Below are positions 41,105-50,665 of a stretch of DNA of 64,000 nucleotides, in pieces. The notes beneath the pieces are model-generated. The model was given only the letters and a program-made list of their open reading frames with translations. It ran no database searches and was not told the origin of the DNA. The translations under genes and the position numbers were made by a program. Each line of letters starts with the position of its first letter. Positions within the stretch are counted from its first letter, which is position 1. The stretch comes from Podarcis liolepis (taxonomy: Eukaryota), in NCBI GenBank assembly GCA_965112155.1, contig OZ218098.1, one strand, 5' to 3'.

Positions 41105-41172
41105 TATAGTATAGTATAGTATAGTATAGTATAGTATAGTATAGTATAGTATAGTATAGTATAGTATAGTAT
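41105..41172. repeat. (ATAGT)n pentanucleotide array
   Basis: Direct reading. Confidence 0.95.
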
Positions 41173-41380
41173 CAGTTCAATTTATTGTTTCTAGTGAACA
41201 GCCAGTACACAAATGAAAATAATAGTGACAAGAATACAACTACGAATAGTGGTTTACATTTCTACTCCCCAACCTTTACAGGATAAATCATTTCCCATTC
41301 TCCCTTTAAGTTTTGTTACATGAATTTGTAAAGCCTTTGCAAGAAATTTGGATGTGTAGTGTAGTTTAATATGGTATGAT

Positions 41381-41515
41381 CAGAGCTTTTTTTACAGCCA
41401 GAACTCACTGGAACTCAGTTCCTGCACCTCTCAGGCGGGCACTATTGCCACTATAAGAAAACAAGAAGTGTTCGTGGTGAGTTCCAGCACCTCTTTTTCT
41501 AGAAAAATAGCACTG
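41381..41515. mobile_element. hAT-like MITE
   Basis: Homologous to 8147-8255. Confidence 0.7.
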
Positions 41516-41531
41516 AGTATAGTATAGTATA

Positions 41532-42364
41532 CAGTGGTGCCCCACAAGACGAATGCCTCGCAAGACGGAAAGCTCGCTAGATGAAAGAGTTTTCCGTTTT
41601 TGAGCTGCTTCGCAAGACGAATTTCCCTATGGGCTTGCTTCGCAAGACGAAAACGTCTTGCAAGTTTGTTTCCTTTTTCTTAACACTGTTAATACAGTTG
41701 CGACTTGACTTCGAGGAGCAACTCATAGAATGCAGTGTACATAGTAGCCTTTTTGAGATTTTTAAAGACTTTGGTGATTTTTGAAGCTTTTCCAAAACTT
41801 CTTTTGCAGCCATTTGGTAAGTTAAGCTTTTAAAACTTTTTTGGGGGGTTTTGGATTTTGGGTTGGGGTGTTTGGAATTCAAGGACTTGGTGTTGGGAAG
41901 GGGTTTTGCAAGAATCTGGAAGCTTGTTTTTTTTCTGCATTTTTATGATTTTCTGTGACCATTGGGCCACTCTGCTGTTTTTTTAAAAAATTTCTGGATT
42001 TGAATTTCTGTGTGCTGGGTGGCTGGGGGAACAGTTGGGGAGGGGTTTGCAAGAATCTGGAAGCTTGTGGGTTTTTTTCTGCATTTTTATGATTTTCTGT
42101 GACCATTGGGCCACTCTGCTGTTTTTTTAAAAAAATTCTGGGTTTGAATTTTGAAATGCTCTTTACAGTATGTGTGACTTTAAAGAGCACTTAATAAACT
42201 CTTGTTGTACCAAATTTGGCTTTGTTTGGACTTTTTTTGACCATAGGAACGCATTAATTGATTTTCAATGCATTCCTATGGGAAACCGTGCTTCGCAAGA
42301 CGAAAAATCCGCTAGACGGAAAAATTCGCGGAACGAATTAATTTCGTCTTGCGAGGCACCACTG
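41532..42364. mobile_element. 833-bp pogo/Tigger-like non-autonomous transposon
   Basis: TA|cagtggtgccccacaagacgaa…ttcgtcttgcgaggcaccactg|TA, subterminal cgcaagacg repeats, and an internal tandem duplication. Confidence 0.88.
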
Positions 42365-42450
42365 TAGTATAGTATAGTATAGTATAGTATAGTATAGTAT
42401 AGTATAGTATAGTATAGTATAGTATAGTATAGTATAGTATATATAGTATA
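42365..42450. repeat. (TAGTA)n pentanucleotide array
   Basis: Direct reading. Confidence 0.95.
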
Positions 42451-44153
42451 GTAAACAAAGTTATCCCCTCTGTGGCATATCTACTTATATCTGATACACT
42501 CTGTGTGGACTGGATATTTTCTTGCTGAATTAGACTTGGATGTCTAGGGTAAACTGACTTTGAAACTTGCTTCAATAGTATCCTTGGGATAAGCCCTTAG
42601 GCAGGAATATTCTGATTAAGTTGATATATCTAAAATCCCTTCTTGCGTCCCATTTCAGCCATTTTTGCATTTAGTATTACATTATATCAACTAACATATT
42701 GTAAACACATGTCTGTATGTCGCATGTTTGTGGCTCTTTACAGAGCTCTGGAAAGATAAAATGTCTCATGTTTTCTCTGCAGGAGGTCTGGTGCTTTCAG
42801 CCAAATTTAATAGGTATTTATGCATTGCAAAGATCTTATCTCATGTCCTATTGGTTCCGGGTCATTCCTAGGCTCACATTATACTGGAACGTGGAGAGAG
42901 AGAGAGTGCAAGTAATTTGTTAATGTCATATAGGATGAACTTGGTTAGAAAGGGAAGTGTACACACTTTATAATAACACAAGTGTTTCCTTGCTAATCCC
43001 TTGGCAGGTTCATTATCTGTAGAGCCTCAGGCTACAGTTGGCCTATCGTGAGAGAGAAATTTAACCCACAGCATGAAATTAATCCTCAAAGACTTGTGTC
43101 TGCCCATTCTAGAAATAATAAATCTAAAGTGATTTTTATAATTCCCCTCTAACTTTATGTAGAGGTGTTATACTGGTATCTAAGTTCTGTGCCACATGCC
43201 GGTCTGTCGATTTACATTTTGTTAAGAGATGTTAAGGAATCAAGGAATGATAACAACAAAACGTGAGAAAACGTAAGAACAAAACGTGTGATGCTTTTGA
43301 AGATTGTGTGCATGTTTGTGGGTGTTTAGCTATATTTTCAACAAGATGCTTCTTTATAGATTCAGATATTCAGCACGAATTGATTTCCTTTTAATGCTAT
43401 AAAAATGCACAAGTAAGAAAACAATATAGGGCTGTGGAACCCAGACAAGGTTGTAACTATATAGCTACATGCATTCAACAAACGATAACTTTCAAGAAGA
43501 AGCTGATGGATTTCTGCTTGTGAAACAGACTTCCACTTGTGCAACAGGACTTTCCTGCCTCCCCCCACCCTACACACTCTCAAAATCTGCTCCAGAAGGT
43601 TGGGCAACTCTTCAGAGGTCCAGGCATGGAAGAAAGAGAAGGAAAGCCTTGTTGCTAGCAGAGCACTGAATACAACCCAAAACTGTATCTCTCCCCCCCC
43701 CCCCCATTTCCTAAACAATAGGCATATACAAATAATATTCCCTCGTTAATCTTTTTGGTGAAAAATAAGCCATATTTAGGATGAAAGTAAGTGCTTCCAT
43801 GTGCATAAAAGATTTATCTTGTGTGATCTGCCATTTTACAGTATGAAGCAGACAACTTGCATGCAGTGATTATTCTAGGTAATGTTTTCCCCCTCCTCTG
43901 TATACGCGTCAGTAGAGACTGCTGACATCCGTATTTGAAATGGTTTCATTTTTAATGGGATCAGGGGTGGAAACATTTGACCTAATAATAGCTGACCAGT
44001 TGTTCATGCTAAACATGAGAGAGAGCAATAAAATCTAGGTTAGGAATCAGATTTTTTAGAATCTTGGTCTCGTTTTAGTCCAGTTACTCAGTGAAAGAAG
44101 TATTTTTGCACTTAAGAGTACAGATGAGAAAGGCAATGAAGGCTATTATATTA

Positions 44154-44508
44154 GGTAAAAGGTAAAGGACCCCTAGACGGTTATATCCAGTCAAAGGCGA
44201 CTATGGGGTACGGTGCTCATACTGCTTTTCAGGCCGGGGGAGCCTAAATGACTAATGATGACTAAACCGCTTCTAGCACAATGGAACACTGTGACGGAAG
44301 CCAGAGTGCATGGAAACGCTGTTTACCTTCCCGTCGCAGAGGTGCCTATTTATCTACTTGCACTGGCATGCTTTTGAACTGCTAGGTTGGCAGGAGCTGG
44401 GACAGAGCAATGGGAGCTCATGCCGTCACGGGGATTCGAACTGCTGACCTTCTGGTCACCAAGTCCAAGAGGCTCAGTGGTTTAGACCGCAGTGCCACCA
44501 GCATCCCC
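44154..44508 (-). mobile_element. Sauria SINE
   Basis: Core and tail on the minus strand. 11-bp TSD ctattatatta. Confidence 0.9.
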
Positions 44509-45855
44509 CTATTATATTAACAGTAGTTTACAGGACAATGTTAAATACAGGTTTAAAAGACATCCAAATAAAGGGAGTGCTATTAACAATGGGGAGAAGC
44601 ACAATGGGAACACATGGAATTGTGGTGTGACAGGGTAACTGAAATTGAGATAATGCGGGTTTAATGCTAACTTTACTTTTCATAGGAGGGAAAAGAAGAA
44701 TCACAAGAGACTGCCAAATAGAATGCTTTTCTGAAGAAGCATTTTAAAGAGTCATGACTCTGGAAAGGAGAAGGAAATTATCCTGATTTCTAACTGATTG
44801 TTAAAATCACACTTTTTTTATTATTCTAGGGGTGAAAGAAGTATTGAAAGTTGTGAACAGTGCCTTAAGATGTTTCTTTGATCTGATGATTTTCATGAGG
44901 TTGGAGACAGTCATTTAACAGGATGGTCCCCCTTACCCCAGTCATCTTAAAAGAGAGAGAAAGACGTAAAGCTACAAAACAGGCAGTAAAATCTGTTGCA
45001 AAGTATACGCCTTGTAGATTACTGCAGTGTCTGCTGCCCACAAACCTTTGGCTAGCATGCTTTCCCCTTTAACAAAAAAACCATGTTGCTTTGTAGCTTT
45101 AAAATTATCAGCACATTGAAAAATCTTGTTAAACCCAAAAGAAAGGCCCTGTTTCCCTTTTGATTTAACAGCATTTCAGATGCTGGTGAAAAAAAAGGGG
45201 GAGCTCTCCTTTTATTCCCGAAGTCAGTAAGAAATATTATGGAAAATTGCGCTAACTCTTGCAAATCCCTCTACAACTATAAAAGTACAAATGAGATTGT
45301 CCCTGCTGTTTCAGTCAGGCCTGTGAACTTCAGAGCAATAGGATATTTATAAGAAAATTCCAGACATAGCAGTGGAGCCGTGATCCATATGACCCAAACT
45401 TCCCAGTCTTTGTCTATCCTCCTGTCTTTAAGGAAAAACAGAGGGGCATAAAATAAAAACTTGGAAGAGCACAAATCATTGTTATGACTCGTTATAATGA
45501 ATGATTTGCGTATTGCTTTATAGACTCGTTAGGTTGAGCTCTTAAGGAAAACTTTTTTTTTTACTACTTTATGCTAATTCTCAAGCCACTCTCTCGCCTC
45601 AAAATAAGAGTGTTCATTTTGCAGCACTGCCTTTCTATCCATCGCTGGGTTTTCCAGCTAAGGAAGTGTGTTGTTGTCAAGGTGCAAGTAAGCACACCAC
45701 TCTTGTCAGGGGACGGCTAGTGTTCCCATTTGTTATCAAGTTCTGTGTTGAGGAGTCCATAACTTAGGCTGCTATCCTAACAATAACTTGTAAGCCTCCT
45801 TGAGTCCCTGTCAGGGAAAAAGCTGAGCTATAAATAAATATTTAGTAATAGAACT

Positions 45856-45995
45856 CAGGATAGCTCAGCTGGTAGAACATGAGACTTTTAATCTCAAGGT
45901 TGTGGGTTCAAGCCCCACATTTGGCGAAAGATTTCTGCATTGCAGGAGGTTGGTTTAGGTGACCCTTGTGGTCACTTCCAGCTCTGCAATTCTAT
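45856..45995 (+). mobile_element. tRNA-Lys-derived SINE with CR1-type 3' tail
   Basis: Head tagctcagctggtagaacatgagacttttaatctcaaggttgtgggttcaagccccac resembles tRNA-Lys. Tail resembles the CR1 3' end. Confidence 0.8.
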
Positions 45996-46169
45996 AATTC
46001 AACAACAACAACTCAGAAATAAGTCCCATGAAATTCAATGGAGCTTACTCTCAGATTAGACATGCAAGTGGGGCTGGGATTGCAGCTTTAGTCAGAAAAA
46101 AAAGCTAATGACAAATTATTTTATTTTATTTTATTTATTTAATGATTCTCTCCTACTCACATACCCCAC

Positions 46170-46812
46170 TAAAACATCAGCACTAAAAACCTATATAAAA
46201 ACCACTTCAAATCCGATGCAGATACAGACTGGGAGAAGAATCTCCACTTAAAAGGAAGCCTTTCCCTAGTTGCCAAAAGGACAACAGAAACTTGTCTGAT
46301 ATGTAATGGGATGGAATTGCAACTGGTTGGTGCCATCACACTAAAGGCCCAATTCCTTCTTTCTGTGTACTGGACCTCTTGGTAAGATGGTATCTGCAGG
46401 AGGACATCTCCCACAGAGCTTAGGGATCTGATGATGTTTTAGGTTTCCTGGGCTGGATCACACCAAAGAAGCGTTTCAGTTAAATGCGTTGTAAACTTTG
46501 TATGAGAAATCGGGTTAGCAAAAGCAGGTCTCCACAGCACCATCTGGTGGCAAAGTGTTATATCACATGTCCAATGCATATAAATCGCTTTTTCTTTATC
46601 ATTCTAGCTGAGTCCCTGGTCTCAACCTATATCAAGATTTGTACACCAGTCCCTGCACCTTGAATTTAACCTGGTAGTTAATTGGCAGCCTGTCCAATTC
46701 TTTCAGCAGTGGTGTAACATGATGGCGAAATTCTACCCCAGTGGGCAATTGACCCACTGCAGCTTCTGGCCAACCTTGGGGGTAACTCCCATAGCAGTAA
46801 TCCAGTGTGCTA
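46170..46812 (-). mobile_element. Two decayed L2 fragments (46170-46430, 46628-46812)
   Basis: Minus-strand peptides RHHVTPLLKELDRLPINYQVKFKV and WAFSVMAPTSCNSIP. Confidence 0.7.
46535..46552 (-). promoter_or_regulatory. Candidate CTCF binding motif
   Basis: Minus strand tgccaccagatggtgctg matches the CCACCAGRKGGCGC core with one CpG-type change. Confidence 0.5.
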
Positions 46813-47523
46813 CACATTATTATGATGTGCTTAGAATAATGAAATGCCCAGAAATTAATGCTAGGTTGATTTGCTTTTCTTAAATCATAGAAACAGCAAA
46901 TTAAGATTGCCTCTTTAAACATGGTCCTTTACTGGCAATATTGGAGGCAAGTATTAAATGGCCTTTCACTTCCAGTTGATAATGAAAACCATGTATGTTT
47001 AATATTGGGGCACAGCTGGGTGGATCAGAATAGAACTTTAACTCTTAATTCTAAATTTCCTAGCTTTACTGAATTCTATTTAGAACTTTAATGGTGTTTT
47101 AATGGTGCTCTCTTAGGCTTGGCAATATACATTATAGCCAGACATATCAAACAGGGGTTTTTATTTTTCAGATCTCTTGTTGAAAATATTGATGCATCCA
47201 TTTTTCTACACCTAACCTTAGCCAAAAGATGAGGAAGTGATAACCAGATATTTTAAAGCAAATTTTAGTAGAACATTTTATCTAAAAGTAGTATATTAAC
47301 TATATTTCTTAGTACTGCTGTTGAAACATAGATCCTTATTTGGACTTTACCTTTGCAATTGACTAGTCAACATGTGATAGTAGTATGAATTGTACATTTC
47401 ATTCCCTGTCTGCTATAAAGCACTCTTTAATCATTTGTGTTTCTGTGCCACCAAGGAGTTAATTTAATATGTGTAACATTGTAGTCCGCAGTATTTTTTA
47501 TGCCTCTTCATCAAAGCACAATA

Positions 47524-47956
47524 CAGTGGTACCTCGGTTTAAGAGCAGCCCTGTTTACAAACTATTTGGTATAAGAACTCCGCAAAACCGGAAGTAGTGT
47601 CCCAGTTAGCGAACTTTACCTCAGTCTACGAATGGAATCCAGATGGTGAAAGGGCACCAGCGGTGGGAGGCCTCATTAGGGAAAGCACACCTCGGTTTAA
47701 GAATGGCTTTGGTTTAAGAACGGACTTCTGGAATGGATTAAGTTCATAAACCGAGGTCGTCTTCTTCTTTGGTGATCACTCGTAGCCAAGTAAGATTGAC
47801 AGTTTTAACAATGAGTCCGTAAGTGACTGTGGAGGCCAATTCTGGACCCACACTTCCTTCCACAGTGGGGACATTGGTTCCCGGGTGGGAGTTGATCACG
47901 GTGTGGATTTGCCATGCGTGCCTTCCTCTTAGCACGTTTCTCCCTGTACCAGTGTG
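47524..47956. mobile_element. pogo/Tigger-like MITE whose right TIR is split by an RTE fragment
   Basis: TA|cagtggtacctcggttt…aaaccgaggt, then RTE sequence, then gtaccagtg. Confidence 0.75.
47757..47945 (-). mobile_element. RTE LINE 3' end
   Basis: Matches 54505-54560 plus 54893-55040. Confidence 0.85.
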
Positions 47957-48019
47957 CAAAGGGTTAATCTCATACATAACCCTCCTCGCCCCTAAATACT
48001 AATGAAAATAGAAGAGCCA

Positions 48020-48676
48020 CTAGAATACTTGTTCCAAAATGGAAAGGAGAAGTCCCCAGCAGAGAAGAATGGCTACAGAAATTAATGCAATATGCAGAAA
48101 GGGTGAAACTTCCCGAAAGAATAAGAAATCAAGATAACAAACTTTTTCTTATTAAGGAGTGGAAATTGTTTATTGAATACAATGGTACCTCGGGTTGCAG
48201 ACGCTTCAGGTTACGCGTTTTCGCACCGAAACCCGGAAGTACCGGAATGGGTTACTTCTGGGTTTCGGCGCTCATGCTCATCCATGCACAGAAGTGCCGA
48301 ATCGTGACCTGCATGTGTGCAGAAACGGCGCTGTGGGTTGCGAACGCTGCGGGTTGTGAACACGGATCACGGATCACGTTCATAACCCGAGGTTCCACTG
48401 TAATTGGAAACAAATTGCAAATAGATTAAGACATTAGCAGGATTACTGTAAAAATGTACAGTTTCAAAAACATATACAATAACAGAGAATTAAAAGAATA
48501 AGTTTAGGCAATTGGGATATGCAGGGAAAGAAGGAAAGAACTTTTAAGGAAGGGAGGGGAGTCGAGGTTAAATTGTTAGAATTATTGTTGAATGGTTATT
48601 GAAATGTTTTCTTTTTTGTTATAAATGGAAATTATATATTTTTTAAAAAAGAGTAATAATATAAATAAATAAAAAC
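48020..48676 (+). mobile_element. L1-like LINE 3' relic (ORF2 C-terminus, 3' UTR, A-rich tail)
   Basis: Reads ATRILVPKWKGEVPSREEWLQKLMQYAERVKL…KEWKLFIEY and ends in aataaataaaaa. Interrupted by a MITE. Confidence 0.7.
48180..48400. mobile_element. pogo/Tigger-like MITE nested in the L1 relic
   Basis: TA|caatggtacctcgggtt…aacccgaggttccactg|TA. Confidence 0.88.
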
Positions 48677-48950
48677 CTTTAACAAGTTTTCTACAAACCG
48701 ACAGAGTAGCAGGCATCCCCCTGCTTTACTAGTCAGAAAGAAAGGTGCTATAACATAGGGGAAATCAAAACCTCGTAAAACAATTCTGTGGAACTACCTA
48801 GCTCTTTTTTTGTAAAGACCTTTCAGTGAAATTCCACAGGCTGCAGAGCAATTGCACCAGTGTGCAGCCTGGAGCCTTTTATGCATGGTAATTAATAGGT
48901 AAAATGGAATTCAGTGTTAGGGCTTGTTTAGTATCCCTGATTTGATATGG

Positions 48951-49174
48951 TTACAGATAGGTAGCCGTGTTGGTCTGCCATAGTCAAAATAAAAAAATTC
49001 CTTCCAATAGCACCTTAAAGACCAACTAAGTTAGTTCTTGGTATGAGCTTTCATGTGCATGCACACTTCTTCTGAATATTGCATTCAGGTATCTGAAGAA
49101 GTGTGCATGCACACGAAAGCTCATACTTAGTTGGTCTTTAAGGTGCTACTGGAAGGAATTTTTTTATTTTGACT
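48951..49174. mobile_element. Fold-back Penelope-like element remnant (inverted pseudo-LTR pair)
   Basis: gtagccgtgttggtctgcc…gcaccttaaagaccaac…tgagctttc followed by an inverted copy. Duplication ctgatttgatatggttac at 48937-48954 and 49173-49190. Confidence 0.8.
49087..49128 (+). ncRNA. Minimal type I hammerhead ribozyme motif
   Basis: aggtat-CUGAAGA-a-gugug(caug)cacac-GAAA-gc-UC^-auacuu: stem I, both core boxes, stem II and a vestigial palindromic stem III. Confidence 0.75.
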
Positions 49175-49669
49175 GATTTGATATGGTTACTATGAATGAA
49201 CTTTGTATCTTGAGCTTTGTATCTTGTTCTCTGTTGTGAAAGAATGATGTACACTGTTTGCAATGTAGATTTGGGCACATGCTAATGATATTGCAGTCTG
49301 ATAACTTCATTTGACAATTTAATGCAGTGATGACATGATGGCTAGCAACTAGCCAGTAGTAAAGAAAAACCATGATCTTCCCTGAACCATATGTGGAAAA
49401 TGTACTCGGGTTCTTCCTCTGGGGCATAAAACATTTGTGATGATGAGAAAAGAGATGTTTTCTGTATGGACAGTGAATGAATTTTAGGGTCCAATAATTA
49501 TATGTGATGACTGTGATGGGTTCTCATATCCAGGATTAGGAAATAATATTCTGCATCATTTTTATTTATTTACAGTTATATTCTGCCTTTCTTCCATCAT
49601 GGAACCCAAGGCAGTATATATTTTACATTCATTCTTTAATAGCTGATATAAATAACAATGATAATTATG

Positions 49670-50250
49670 TATCCCCTAAATTGGGATCCAAGAAAGTTAC
49701 TTTACTTACATTTGCCGATGACACTATTGTATTGTCTCAAATTCAACAAGGGTTAAGAAGACTTTTGAAATCTGTTAATCAATTGTTAGTGCAAGAAAAA
49801 ACTAATTATGAAAAGATAAACGTTTTGGCTTTTGCTGATAGGTTTAAAAACACAAGTGGCAAATTGATGGGCAACCCGTTGAGAAGGTGAAATCCTTTTA
49901 ATATCTAGGTTTATGTTTTACTTCAACTGGGAACGGGTATAAGCACTTCATGAATACAAATAAATTGACTATTAATACAGTGAACTCTCTATCAAGGTTC
50001 TATTGGAATAAATGAGGTAGACAAATTCCTTCAGCCCTAAGAATTTATGAAGCCAAAGTCATCCCACAATTCTGTTATAGCACACAAATATGGAGATCTC
50101 TTCAAAAGATGAATCTGGAAATATCCCAGAATAAATATATTTGTGTTATTTTTGAGCTCTCCAAGGCAACTGAGTCTTCTATTCTTCATTTGGAAGCTGG
50201 CCTCTGTTCAGTGAGGGCCAGAGTGCATCTCCTTGCCCTTAGGCAAATCT
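49670..50250 (+). mobile_element. Decayed non-LTR reverse transcriptase fragment (RTEX-like)
   Basis: LLTFADDTIVLSQIQQGLRRLL (catalytic ADD motif), then ALRIYEAKVIPQFCYSTQIW, with stops and frameshifts. Confidence 0.75.
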
Positions 50251-50317
50251 AAAATTTAAAAGGGGGATAGGGCCCATTTTAATACTTTCTGCTTTCAAGG
50301 AGATACTGAATCTTAAC

Positions 50318-50665
50318 CATAGAATTCCAGAGTTGGAAGGGATCCTGAGCGTCATCTAGTTAAACCCCCTGCAATCCCTGACAGATAGCAATCCACCCTC
50401 TGCTTAACAACCTCCAAGGAAGGAGATGGTGGTGTCCATTTCACTGTTGAACGGCTCTTACTGTCAGAAAGTTCTTCCTGGTGTTTAGTCAGAATCTCCT
50501 TTCTTGTAAGTCGAATCCATTTGTTTGGGGCCTAGCCTCTGGAGCAGGAGAAAAGAAGTTTGCTCCATCTTCCATGTGACTGTGACAGCCCTCAAGATAT
50601 TTGAATATGGCCATCATATCTTCTCTCAGTCTCATCTTATCCAGGTTAAACATACTCAACTCCTT
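50318..50665 (-). mobile_element. CR1 LINE 3' fragment
   Basis: catagaattccagagttggaagggatcc…gtcatctag 3' end and CR1 ORF2-like tactgtcagaaagttcttcct on the minus strand. Confidence 0.8.

Noticed and set aside
41580-41660. Regularly spaced cgcaagacga repeats resembling a CRISPR array
   Set aside because: Eukaryotic context and very short units; these are subterminal repeats of a DNA transposon.
42770-42915. Strong acceptor gttttctctgcag|G as an extra SLC25A21 exon
   Set aside because: Exons 2 and 3 already join seamlessly, there is no carrier similarity, and the frame continuing from exon 2 stops early.
45856-45930. Functional tRNA-Lys gene
   Set aside because: Stem mismatches, no proper acceptor stem or oligo-T terminator, and it runs into a CR1-type tail, so it is a SINE head.
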